From Escherichia coli (lineage in GTDB: Bacteria > Pseudomonadota > Gammaproteobacteria > Enterobacterales > Enterobacteriaceae), in assembly GCF_041248615.1 (NCBI RefSeq), contig NZ_CP158426.1: 64,000 nucleotides of DNA, one strand, 5' to 3'. The position numbers were made by a program, and so were the translations under genes. The notes under the pieces were generated by a model. The model searched no databases. It was not told the DNA's origin and saw only the letters and a program-made list of their open reading frames with translations. This document shows positions 1 through 9,617 of the stretch, piece after piece; within the stretch, counting starts at the first letter, position 1, and the number at the start of each line of letters is the position of its first letter.

Positions 1-46
1 CAGGCCGGACTATGATGCCGGATGCCGACAATTAACGGCTCGCTCA
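1..46 (-). CDS. yehM: 5' end (partial) of downstream operon gene, likely yehM; a minus-strand ATG at 44-46 with upstream GAGGA reads MSEPLIVGIRHHSPA... and runs off the window
   Basis: In-frame start 11 nt after the yehL stop, with a Shine-Dalgarno-like GAGGA; K-12 order is yehL-yehM. Only 15 codons are visible. Confidence 0.4.
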
Positions 47-57
47 TGCATCTTTCC

Positions 58-1146
58 TCACGGCAGGCGGTGGCGAGCTTGATAATAAGCCTGCCAGTGA
101 GCTTCTTTATGTGTGGCGACGCGCTGTTCGAAGTAACGGCGCAGACGCGCGCGATCTTCTTCGTTATCTTTAACGATGGTTCCGGCAATACAGTCCACCA
201 GGTCGGCAGGCTCCCCCGCGCGATTCGCTAAAAACCAGGCGCGGACGCCCACTGCGTGGGCCACGTTCACGGCTTCAGCGGTGGACATAATTGCCGTCAG
301 GGTATCCATTGACGTTTTCTTTTCGCCGTTGGCACGCAGATCGCGGAAGGTGCGGACCAGTAACTCCAGTACCGCGTCAGGCACTTTATGCGGAATACCG
401 CTATGGGCCAGCAAACGCGCCGAAGCACTGGCGACCAGTTCCAGCTCCTGGGCGAAATCCATAATCGGAAAGACGGTTTCAAAATCGAAGCGACGCTTTA
501 GCGCGGCACTCATCTCATTGACGCCGCGATCGCGGGTATTGGCAGTGGCAATAATATTAAAGCCTTCCCGCGCATAGAGCTGACTGGCTTCACCGGTGAG
601 TTCCGGCACCGTCATCACCCTGTCAGAAAGCATACCTAACAGACAGTCTTGTACTTCCAGCGGTGTACGTGTTATCTCTTCAAAACGGACGATTTTGCCG
701 TCGCGCATTCCCTGGTAAAGCGGGGCAGGGACCAGTGCTTCCGTTGACGGACCATGGTTGATAAGCAGGGCGTAGTTCCAGCCGTACTTGATTTGATCTT
801 CAGTAGTAGATGCGCCGCCCTGGATGGTTAACCCGGCATCGCCGCTAATAGCGGTTGCCAGTAATTCAGACAGGAGAGATTTTGCGGTGCCAGGTTCCCC
901 CACCAACATCAAACCGCGCCCGGTGGCAAGAGTGACTAACATACGTTCGACAGCGGAGGGACTAATCACCACTTTACGGCTAATATTTTGCGCTCTATCG
1001 CCAAGGATAAAAGCACGGGCCGCAGGCAAACTTAACTGCCAACCGGGCGGGCAAGGTGCGTTATCATTTTGTTTTAATTTTGCCAGTTCATCGGCGTATA
1101 ACACAGCAGCAGGCGGACGCTGCAGATGATTATTCTGCGGTGACAT
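58..1146 (-). CDS. yehL: MoxR-type AAA+ ATPase YehL (362 aa from internal Met 'MSPQNNHLQ'; the provided ORF extends to 1212)
   Basis: Walker A 'LVGEPGTAKS' in the ORF translation; K-12 synteny (yehI-yehK-yehL). The start was chosen to match the 362-aa K-12 length. Confidence 0.8.
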   Translation of the reverse strand: MSPQNNHLQRPPAAVLYADELAKLKQNDNAPCPPGWQLSLPAARAFILGDRAQNISRKVVISPSAVERMLVTLATGRGLMLVGEPGTAKSLLSELLATAISGDAGLTIQGGASTTEDQIKYGWNYALLINHGPSTEALVPAPLYQGMRDGKIVRFEEITRTPLEVQDCLLGMLSDRVMTVPELTGEASQLYAREGFNIIATANTRDRGVNEMSAALKRRFDFETVFPIMDFAQELELVASASARLLAHSGIPHKVPDAVLELLVRTFRDLRANGEKKTSMDTLTAIMSTAEAVNVAHAVGVRAWFLANRAGEPADLVDCIAGTIVKDNEEDRARLRRYFEQRVATHKEAHWQAYYQARHRLP

Positions 1147-1259
1147 ATATTCATCCCTGAAATGTATTAATGAAATAAACGATATTTTACGCGCAATAAA
1201 TGTTTGGCGCATTAGTTGTTTGAGCGAAAAATATCTGGAAAGCAGATCACAGTAAATAA

Positions 1260-1292
1260 AAAAACCTGCTGGTGAGGCAGGTTCTTTTATTT
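1260..1292. terminator. Bidirectional rho-independent terminator-like hairpin (CCTGCtggtgagGCAGG, flanked by A-run and T-run)
   Basis: The sequence aaaaaCCTGCtggtgagGCAGGttcttttattt is seen directly in the window. Confidence 0.5.
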
Positions 1293-1576
1293 ACTACAGT
1301 GACGCTAACTTGCTGATTGTGCAACATTTCGTACCAACGAATAAATTATAACCATATCCACACTCCATTGCAATTCAGTGAATGAGATTTATAATCCTGC
1401 CCGTTGGGAGGTTGTGCCGGATCGGACCAATTTTAAGTCCTGGCTGCTGGACGGGTGGTGCCGCAGGCGGTGCCCTGATCCGGAGAGCAACGTTTCGTAC
1501 CAACATACGTAAACCAGTATCGACAGGCAGTGTAAGGGTAAGGTGCTGGTGTTGCGCTCCTTAATAAGGAGAGCGG

Positions 1577-1666
1577 ATGGACACGCTGACACAAAAGTTA
1601 ACCGTGCTCATTGCTGTACTGGAGCTATTAGTGGCTCTGTTACGGTTGATTGATTTGTTGAAGTAA
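1577..1666 (+). CDS. Candidate 29-aa hydrophobic small protein (MDTLTQKLTVLIAVLELLVALLRLIDLLK), too short for the provided ORF track
   Basis: A consensus Shine-Dalgarno TAAGGAG lies 7 nt upstream of the ATG. A hairpin terminator GGGGGAAtaccgtTTCCCCC plus T-rich tail follows at 1691-1716. The product is a single predicted transmembrane helix. Confidence 0.35.
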   Translation: MDTLTQKLTVLIAVLELLVALLRLIDLLK

Positions 1667-1719
1667 CGGGCAAATTGAAACGCATCTAAGGGGGAATACC
1701 GTTTCCCCCTTTAATAAAG

Positions 1720-2025
1720 CTATTTTTCTATTTGTTGGTTGAATATATTTTGTAGTTCGCGATTAAAAATTGCTATTACAGTTTCAGGTGATTCACCTCG
1801 TAATTTTCGCTCATCAATAAACTCATCTCTTATATAAATCAACGCATCATTTATTAGCGGGTCAGCATCATTAAATGTTGGACGTAGCCGGAATCGTTCC
1901 AGTCGATAGACGGAACCTGTAAATAATTCAGAGCGTTTATGGATCTCAAGCCTGAAGGAAAACGGCTCTTCAGGTACAGGGGCCTCATAATCGTAAATAG
2001 TGATCAGCTCTTTTTGCACGATCAT
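1720..2025 (-). CDS. yehK: Small conserved protein YehK-like (101 aa)
   Basis: Position between yehI and yehL as in K-12; ORF from the provided track. Confidence 0.6.
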   Translation of the reverse strand: MIVQKELITIYDYEAPVPEEPFSFRLEIHKRSELFTGSVYRLERFRLRPTFNDADPLINDALIYIRDEFIDERKLRGESPETVIAIFNRELQNIFNQQIEK

Positions 2026-2085
2026 CGCTTTTCCCGGTGGCAGGTCGTGTTAATAACGAGCAGTCGCATCACTGCCCGCTGTGTT

Positions 2086-5000
2086 TTAATGGAAAATGAC
2101 GTCGGGTGCGCTTAACGCCTCACTCAAATCAAACACATCAAGTTCGGCAAAAGTGACGGATTTATTCTCACGGTATACATGAAGAGAACGGAAGCTCATT
2201 AGCGCTTTGCTATCAACATTGTAGTGGTTAAAACCGGATGAAAACTTAAGGACCAGCCGGTACTCGCCCAAGTCATAGACAAATGCGTTCTCATAGCCTG
2301 ACTCCCAGCCTTTGTATCGCAATCCCATAAGTTGCCCAACGGTAGCAGATTTACCTTCCCAGCGATTCAAACTATTACTGGCTGACTCGTCAGGCGTGAG
2401 CAGCACCGTGCGGCGCGACAATTGGCGAAAAGGCGACATAATTTCGTAATCGGCAAAAAGCTGTGCAAATTCACTGCGCATTTCTGCTGTCATTTCTAAC
2501 GGGTGGGCAATGCCAATCAGAGCATCGGCAGGCAGGTCAATTGGCTCATCTTGCTCATTGCAGAACTCCCCCTCAGCGGCCACACGAAAGGCGTTGAGTA
2601 AACAACGCGGTTCATTTGCCGGATAAACACCCCATATCAATCGCTGAGTAACCAGGCGGGTAAAGGGATGATTAATAAACAGAGAATGAAAATCTGCCAG
2701 CGACCAGCGTCGGGTGGTGCGCAGGGCAGTTTCAAGACGCGGGAGCAGGTTTTTGCTCACCTGAGTAGCATCTTTTTTTAGCCCTTTTAGTCGGGCCAGT
2801 GCCTCGGGTGCTTTCAGTTGATCGTCATCGGCGCGCAACCGGGGAACGCTTTTCTGGCGAACGTTTTGCTGATCAAAGATAACCGGGTTGAGGTTTTCAT
2901 CGAAGCGAACGGTAAATTGCCGTGGACCAAAATCAAAAATCAACGCCTGCGGATCATCAAGACCCAGTGTTGGGACTAATCTGTCCGCTAACTGTTCCTG
3001 GCTTAGCCCGCGATTTTCTGCGACCACCTGAAGAAATTCCGCCGCGTTATCACGTAAGGGGCGGGATTTCGCCCGTTGCGATATATGATGCAGCTGCATC
3101 AGCGCCATATCATTATTCATCAGGGTAAGGATGTTCAGGCCACTGACAGCACGGGCAGATTTGCCTTCTTGTGGCCAGGCGAGGATCTGTGTCGTTAGAT
3201 CCCGTGTCGTGCTTTCGTCACCAAAGAGACTTAACGCCAGAAATGCCCAGTTGTCTTTTGCGGGGGCACCAGCTTGTTGCCACGCAGTGAAGAGATCCCA
3301 GGCAAAAGCTGCCAGCGTTTGTGGCTGGCAGAACGTTTTCAGTTGTTCCAGCCCGCTATAAAAACGTCCGCCTTGGGTAAAGCGCAGCATTTCGCCGATA
3401 ATTTCCAGAGCGTCATCGGTAACAGGCTGATTATTTGTGATAAGGCGCGGCCTGGACCGCATTTGCGGCTGCCAGAAATCAGGGGCTTTTGGAATGCGTG
3501 TCGGGTAAATCTCTATTGGACTCTGTTTAAGTAATTGCTCCAGGGCAGGCCATACATCTGTACGCTGCCAGCGGTTTGCCACGGTTTGCAGTAACTCGCC
3601 ATGTCCCTGTTCGTAAAGTAAACGCAGGGCAAGTAATGCAGCTTCGCTATTATCGCTGGATTTGGTGAAGACAAGAGGGATAAGTGCAGTAGCTGTATGT
3701 TCCGGCCAATGTAAAATCCACTGGCGAGCCAGATCACGCTGCGCCGCGAAACGTCGCCAGACGCGGGCAACGGGCAGGGCCAGTTCTGTTGCGCCAAAAT
3801 TTAAAATTAACGGAAATGTTTCTTTTGGACGATGTGAAAAAGCCAACAGCAGACCTGGTAGAGCATCCAATCCGAAGATACTGAGAAAATAGTCCTCACC
3901 CGCAGACAGATGCTTTTTCTCATTGATACGTAGCCAGAAAGTCAAAGCCATCTCACGCGGCAACTGCGCCAATAAATACAGGTTCCAGATACTCTTTTCC
4001 CGACGATAGCGTGAGTAGCTGTCATTTTCCCATATGTTAATGAACACTTCTACGTGACCGTTGCGAAGCGCCTGTTCTGCTAATTGAGCTTCCGGGGAGC
4101 TCCAGCCATTCATGATCTCTTCAACCCGCCCTGGGTAGTAATGCCACTGAACAATGAGTGAATTGCGTGCAGCATCCAGTTTTCCGGGGAGTATATAATT
4201 CAAAAACAGCCATACATCATCTCCAAAACCCAGCTCCTGTAATACAACTCGTCCACTTTTTTGTTCCATGCGTTCCGCAAGAGATTCCGTGCTGAAATAA
4301 CGGGCAGACTCAGTGGCGGCAAGCCTCTCTTGTTCGCCTGGTTGCCAGTAAACTTGCGGGGTTAATTCGAGCGGTGCCAAATCAAGACGTGGAGCTGTCA
4401 TTTTTTTCTTACTACGCCACGGTGGTGAAACGAGGATTTCAGGCAGATTGCTGTTATCGGTGCCATCAATAACCGGTTTGGGCGGTGCCGATAAATAACT
4501 ATTCAGCACTGCCCGGGCTTGAGTACTTAACCACGGCATCACTTCTGCTGCCAGTTGTGGCTGCGATGCCATCAGCGTTTGTAACAGCGTACGCCAGTAT
4601 TCATCACGTGCTTTTTGCTGTGCAGGCAGCTTTTTGTCTTCGATGATTGGATAACCAGGGCGCGTAGGTGGTTCTTTTAGCGCCAGCAGTTCTGCCAGTG
4701 CGGCAAGCGTCGCATGGGGGAAATTTTTACTGTATTTAGCTACACGTTGCAGGCTGGGTTTGTTTTTATCAGCAACTAACAGCAGGGTGCGGATGACCTG
4801 CGGATGGTTAATTTGTACCAGCAGACTGCCGCAATCTTCTTTATGGGCATACATTGCCAGGCGTGGAACGGCTGCCAGTCCTTGTTCGCGCAAAAGGGCA
4901 GCGCAGGCCGCGTAGCCGAAGTGGTTTTCATGCGACATGTAGCTGGCTTCCCGATCGCTAAATATATCCTGGCTCCAGTAGCGTTCGAGTTTTCTCACCG

Positions 5001-5718
5001 CTCTGGGGTCAATAGCAACAACTTTTAACCACTCCTTAGAATGAAAATGAGTCCACGGGCATTCAAGGCTTACCAACTCATTGGCGATTTCTGGTTTTTC
5101 CGGGAGGATCAGAGCAATAAAAGGGCGGCGAACTTTGGTTATTCCTGGCAGTGCGGCAATGAGTTTGTCGGCGCAACGCTGCCAGCTGCTTTCCTCTGCC
5201 AGAGAGAGATGCTTACGCAGTCGGAGATCGAATTCGTTATAGGTTTCTGATCGATAACCATAGCCATAATCCTCGTTCTGATACTGCAATGTCACTAGCA
5301 GAGGATCACTTTCATAACATCGTGTAATAAACTGGCGTGCAATCACCACCTCAGTCGCATATTCCAGTCCCTCTTGTTGGACGATTTCGTCGAGCAACTG
5401 TTGGCTATCATTTTGCGCGATACAGGCTAGCGCCGCCATTGTCCGGGCCGGAACTGAGGGTTTGTGTTCGCCAATCAAGTTGATGGCCTGCGTAATGGCC
5501 GACTGCCACTCCAGTGAAAAATTATCATAACGCCAGACAATGTTTTTTTTCTTCTCAGCTTTTTGTAGCAATTCATCACCCAGTGTCTGGATGAGGCTTT
5601 CAGTGATAACAGGCACCGGTTCGCCCGGCCAACTGCGATGGCTGAGCGGCGTTTTGCCTTTTTTATATTTCAGTTCCACTTGGGCGTTATCCGCCAGCCA
5701 CGGTAATTCCTTGTCCAT
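2086..5718 (-). CDS. yehI: YehI, 1210-aa DUF4132-family protein, paralogous to MolR
   Basis: The length matches K-12 YehI (1210 aa). The C-terminal half is visibly similar to the neighbouring 1249-aa ORF (shared 'RRWS...F...HPL...RL.WGVY', 'FAWDLFTAWQ.AGAP.K..WAF.AL', 'LRFRPT'). Confidence 0.85.
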   Translation of the reverse strand: MDKELPWLADNAQVELKYKKGKTPLSHRSWPGEPVPVITESLIQTLGDELLQKAEKKKNIVWRYDNFSLEWQSAITQAINLIGEHKPSVPARTMAALACIAQNDSQQLLDEIVQQEGLEYATEVVIARQFITRCYESDPLLVTLQYQNEDYGYGYRSETYNEFDLRLRKHLSLAEESSWQRCADKLIAALPGITKVRRPFIALILPEKPEIANELVSLECPWTHFHSKEWLKVVAIDPRAVRKLERYWSQDIFSDREASYMSHENHFGYAACAALLREQGLAAVPRLAMYAHKEDCGSLLVQINHPQVIRTLLLVADKNKPSLQRVAKYSKNFPHATLAALAELLALKEPPTRPGYPIIEDKKLPAQQKARDEYWRTLLQTLMASQPQLAAEVMPWLSTQARAVLNSYLSAPPKPVIDGTDNSNLPEILVSPPWRSKKKMTAPRLDLAPLELTPQVYWQPGEQERLAATESARYFSTESLAERMEQKSGRVVLQELGFGDDVWLFLNYILPGKLDAARNSLIVQWHYYPGRVEEIMNGWSSPEAQLAEQALRNGHVEVFINIWENDSYSRYRREKSIWNLYLLAQLPREMALTFWLRINEKKHLSAGEDYFLSIFGLDALPGLLLAFSHRPKETFPLILNFGATELALPVARVWRRFAAQRDLARQWILHWPEHTATALIPLVFTKSSDNSEAALLALRLLYEQGHGELLQTVANRWQRTDVWPALEQLLKQSPIEIYPTRIPKAPDFWQPQMRSRPRLITNNQPVTDDALEIIGEMLRFTQGGRFYSGLEQLKTFCQPQTLAAFAWDLFTAWQQAGAPAKDNWAFLALSLFGDESTTRDLTTQILAWPQEGKSARAVSGLNILTLMNNDMALMQLHHISQRAKSRPLRDNAAEFLQVVAENRGLSQEQLADRLVPTLGLDDPQALIFDFGPRQFTVRFDENLNPVIFDQQNVRQKSVPRLRADDDQLKAPEALARLKGLKKDATQVSKNLLPRLETALRTTRRWSLADFHSLFINHPFTRLVTQRLIWGVYPANEPRCLLNAFRVAAEGEFCNEQDEPIDLPADALIGIAHPLEMTAEMRSEFAQLFADYEIMSPFRQLSRRTVLLTPDESASNSLNRWEGKSATVGQLMGLRYKGWESGYENAFVYDLGEYRLVLKFSSGFNHYNVDSKALMSFRSLHVYRENKSVTFAELDVFDLSEALSAPDVIFH

Positions 5719-5727
5719 GCTCTTTCC

Positions 5728-8700
5728 TTATTCAAACAGGGCTTCAATATCGTTAATGAGTTCGCTGGCGGTGATGTCGTCGAGCACGGAGAACTGCGCT
5801 TCCTGAGTTGAATTACTCCCCCAGCCATAGCTTTCCGCTTTGCCTTCCCATAGCCACAGCTTGCTTAAGACCTGCTCAGCGCTAAGATCGGCTGGTGACA
5901 TACCCACCGCAAAACCTTCGTCGATTTCCATGATTAACGACCAGCGACCGAGAGGTTTGATCATCCATCCGATCCAGCCTCCATCCTGTGGTTCGCCCTT
6001 TATCCAGCCTTTATTTGCCAGCCCCATGACCCGGCCGCTCGGGCATTTTCTGCCTGCCCAGCGGGTCAGTTCGCTGGCGTTGCGCTCGGCTTCTGTCAGG
6101 GCGTAACTGTTACGTTCAAGCTGACGGAACGGTGGTAGCAGTTCGTAGTCGGCAAAAAGCTGACCAAAGGCGACAGCATCCGTCGGTGATATTTCCAGAA
6201 CGTGAGGAATGCCGATAGAGATATCGCCTTCCTGCAAGGTGAAAAGATCATCGTCAGCGGTGCTGTAGCTGTTATCTTCCGCCACCCTAAAGCACGCCTG
6301 TAGCTGGTTTTCGGCGCTATAAACGCCCCAAATCAGACGGCGGGTTAAGTGACGAACCAGCGGATGCTCAACCAGGAAGAGCTGAAAGTTTTCCGGCGAC
6401 CAGCGGCGGCGCAGGCACATGGCGGATTCCAGCCTTGCTACCTGCTGGGCGGCGACGGTACGCGCATCTTTTTTCAGCAATTTGTAGCGGTTAACAGCAT
6501 CGTTTGCCTGTGATTCATCATCGCTTTTATTGGGTTTAGGTAAGTCTTTCAGGCGGCTGCCGGAAACATCGCGCACAAACGGTTTTAAGGTTTCATCAAA
6601 GCTGACGGTGAACTGCCGTGGGCCAAAATCCAGCAGCAGCGAACCGTTATCATCCAGACCGAGATCCGGTGCTAACCGGTCTTCAAGCTCCGGCACCGTG
6701 AGTTCGCGGCTCTCGGCAATGTCGGCAATTTTCTCTTTCGCCCGCTCCTGTAAGGCTTTGAATTTCAGTTTCTGGGCGATGCCGTTAAGCTGCATCAGGG
6801 CGATATCGCTGCCGATAGCGGCGAGAATATCCAACCCAACGGTGGCACGTTTATGCTGAGATTCGCCAGGCCAGGCGCGGATTAATGGCGTCAGTTTGCG
6901 GGCGGTGTCATCGTTACCGAGAACGCCTAACGCAGTGAACGCCCAACTTTCTTTCGACGGCGCGCCAGCGGTCTGCCAGGCGGTAAACAGATCCCAGGCA
7001 AATTCAGCCAGTGAGTCGGCGGTACAGGCATCTTTCACCTGCAATAATCCCGGATACAGCGCCTCCTCCTGATGGAAGCGGAGCATTTCACCGAGGTGGA
7101 GGAGGGCGCTATCTGGCAGTGATTGGGCATTTGCTTTTAATACCGGGCGGGTCCAGATCGATGGCTGATAAAAGGCCGGAAGAGTGGGGATTTTTGTCGG
7201 GTGATTATCTAAGGGATCGAGCGCAAGCATAGCGTTCACCGCATCTGTTACTTCCGGCTGGTTATAACGCCGGGCGATTTCTTGCAGTAATGGCTGATGA
7301 TCGTTTTCGATAAGCATACGCAAGGCAGCGCGGGCGTTATCCTGGGCTTCACCGGCTTTGCCGAGCGCCGCAGGCAGTAGGCCGGTAATGGCGTGTTCCG
7401 GGTATTTCAGCAGCCAGGTGCGGGCGTCTTGTCGTAGGGTTTTGAGTTTGTTGAAGGCGCGGGCGATCAGTGGCGCTAATTCGATAGCCGCAAAATATTG
7501 TGCTACAGGCAGAGCTTCTTGTGGATAGCGTGAAAAGGAGTGAATAAAACCCTGTAACCCAGCGAGTTGCAGGTGCGTCATGACAAACTCGACACCGACG
7601 TGTGGCTCTTTACTGAGGACATTCCACGCCTGCGCTGTTTTTTCGATAGGCAGGGCGGCTAACATGTAAAGCTGCCATTCCCGTTGATAGGAGTGCCAGA
7701 AGGTTTTAAATTCGCTGATTAGCGCAGAATAATCTCCCCTCTGCCAGAGTTCTACAACAGCATCAGACGCTTTCATATACTGGCCATTATTCCAGCGATT
7801 GAAACCCAGACGTGTCAGGTAGTTCTGAATATCCTCTTTTTGGCCGATGTCTATTTGATGTGCGTGCCAGCGATGCCTTGCATGAATCTCTTTTTCTGCC
7901 GTCTCGGTCAATGTGCAGCATGACTCCAGCGGTAATGGCGTTAAATCCAATACCGGCATTACAGATTTTTTCTTTTTCGAAAGCCAGGGCGGTGAGACTA
8001 ATACGGCAGGCAGCATATCGGCGCTGGCATGGTTTGAGGGCTGTGTCAGTTGTTGCTGGCATGATTTCAGCACTGCAACTGCGGGTGTTGAGAGCCAGGG
8101 AGTGACCTGTTCTGCTAGTGCCGGTTGCGAGATAAGCATCGTCATCAGCATAATGCGCCAACTATTCTCTTCTTTTTGCGCAAGAAGTTCCGCCAGTGCA
8201 GCCAGTGCTGCGTGTGGGAACGCAGCGCAAGCCTTAGTCATTCGTTCATGGCAGCGTTTAGTTTTGCCAGACACACGTATAAGTAGCATTAATGCTTGTG
8301 GGTGATTGATCTCTTCGAGAATACTTCCACAAAGATCAGCATAAGCATAGGGGGCGAAGCGAGCGATTCCGGCAATCCCTTGCTCCTGCAAAACGGTGAC
8401 ATTCCAGATGCAACCATGGTAATAGTCATTAAAAAGGTCGTACGCGCAATAAGATTCCAGCGCTTTGAGTAAGAAAGATTCTTGAACAACAAGTTTCAGC
8501 CATTCAACAGTTTGGACATTTTTCTGCTTCAGTAACCGTCGTGCGACTTCTTCTGCAATCTCCGGGCGTTCCGGTAGCATTAGCGCTACCATCGGTTGTT
8601 GAACGGGAGGAATATCAGGTAAAGCTGTAATGAATTTATCTACACAGCGTTGCCACAAAGTTTCTTCTGCAAGAGCCAAATGCTTACGCAGTCGAACGTC

Positions 8701-9477
8701 AAAGGGGGTAACACAATGTGCATGGTTTAATAATGGCTGAAAAGTAATGTGTATGCTTGTTCTGTGATAAGTGCAATCGAACGAGATATATTGCATGGCA
8801 ATAAACATATCCACGGCAAATTCTAGTCCGTAGACATAGACAATTTCATCCATGAGTTCAGGGCATTCGCCCCAGAATTTACGTGAAACCAGAACAACCT
8901 GTACAGCCAACGCAGCAGGAGAAAGTGGACCATTAGCGAGAGCTTCATTGATATTCTGCTGCCAGTTAGCAGAACATGCACTGAAATCGTATGTTGTTAT
9001 TTTTCCTGATAGATTATGAATATCCTGACCTAAATTCATAAGGAGGCTGTCTTGTGGTTCGCTTACAGCATCCCCAGGAAAACGTCGGGAAGGTAAGGCC
9101 TCCTGAGACTTTTTCTCCGATAGATGGATAGGGGAATCATCTGTCAGCCACGGGCATGGTGTCTCAGCAGGTTCAACAACCATACTTTGGTCAAATACGA
9201 CTGTGGTTTCTGCCACGCCAGTTGTATCTACTTCGATCGTTTCTATTTTGATTGCGGGTTGGGATGGCGAAGATAATTCTTCCACATACCCCTTCTTCAC
9301 CTTCTCCGCAATCAGCTTCAGTTCCGCTTTTTCCGCCGCCGCAGCATCTGCAAAGCTTTTTACCTGACTTTGCCCGTTAGTGCCGACTTTACCCCAGTTA
9401 ATATGCAGCTCGTTTCCCTGCTGCTCCACCGCCCAGAATTTATGTGATTTTTCGTCCTGATAGATAAAGTGTTTCAT
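5728..9477 (-). CDS. molR: MolR/YehH, 1249 aa, N-terminal WGR domain plus DUF4132; intact here
   Basis: N-terminus 'MKHFIYQDEKSHKFWAVEQQGNELHINWGKVGTNGQ' is a WGR domain. Paralogy with yehI; position next to metG. Confidence 0.85.
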   Translation of the reverse strand: MKHFIYQDEKSHKFWAVEQQGNELHINWGKVGTNGQSQVKSFADAAAAEKAELKLIAEKVKKGYVEELSSPSQPAIKIETIEVDTTGVAETTVVFDQSMVVEPAETPCPWLTDDSPIHLSEKKSQEALPSRRFPGDAVSEPQDSLLMNLGQDIHNLSGKITTYDFSACSANWQQNINEALANGPLSPAALAVQVVLVSRKFWGECPELMDEIVYVYGLEFAVDMFIAMQYISFDCTYHRTSIHITFQPLLNHAHCVTPFDVRLRKHLALAEETLWQRCVDKFITALPDIPPVQQPMVALMLPERPEIAEEVARRLLKQKNVQTVEWLKLVVQESFLLKALESYCAYDLFNDYYHGCIWNVTVLQEQGIAGIARFAPYAYADLCGSILEEINHPQALMLLIRVSGKTKRCHERMTKACAAFPHAALAALAELLAQKEENSWRIMLMTMLISQPALAEQVTPWLSTPAVAVLKSCQQQLTQPSNHASADMLPAVLVSPPWLSKKKKSVMPVLDLTPLPLESCCTLTETAEKEIHARHRWHAHQIDIGQKEDIQNYLTRLGFNRWNNGQYMKASDAVVELWQRGDYSALISEFKTFWHSYQREWQLYMLAALPIEKTAQAWNVLSKEPHVGVEFVMTHLQLAGLQGFIHSFSRYPQEALPVAQYFAAIELAPLIARAFNKLKTLRQDARTWLLKYPEHAITGLLPAALGKAGEAQDNARAALRMLIENDHQPLLQEIARRYNQPEVTDAVNAMLALDPLDNHPTKIPTLPAFYQPSIWTRPVLKANAQSLPDSALLHLGEMLRFHQEEALYPGLLQVKDACTADSLAEFAWDLFTAWQTAGAPSKESWAFTALGVLGNDDTARKLTPLIRAWPGESQHKRATVGLDILAAIGSDIALMQLNGIAQKLKFKALQERAKEKIADIAESRELTVPELEDRLAPDLGLDDNGSLLLDFGPRQFTVSFDETLKPFVRDVSGSRLKDLPKPNKSDDESQANDAVNRYKLLKKDARTVAAQQVARLESAMCLRRRWSPENFQLFLVEHPLVRHLTRRLIWGVYSAENQLQACFRVAEDNSYSTADDDLFTLQEGDISIGIPHVLEISPTDAVAFGQLFADYELLPPFRQLERNSYALTEAERNASELTRWAGRKCPSGRVMGLANKGWIKGEPQDGGWIGWMIKPLGRWSLIMEIDEGFAVGMSPADLSAEQVLSKLWLWEGKAESYGWGSNSTQEAQFSVLDDITASELINDIEALFE

Positions 9478-9577
9478 TCTGCATCCCTGTAATTTTATCC
9501 AGTTGAATGCTGATGCTACCAGTATTTATGCGGGTTAGAGAGAGACAAAATCGCAAGAAAACAAATTTAGGAATTTA

Positions 9578-9608
9578 TAAAGAAAAGGCGCTGTCGATGC
9601 AGCGCCTT
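9578..9608 (-). terminator. Rho-independent terminator downstream of metG (AAGGCGCTGcatcgaCAGCGCCTT plus T-run on the minus strand)
   Basis: Hairpin and T-run seen directly. Confidence 0.6.
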
Positions 9609-9617
9609 GAAGGGGGA

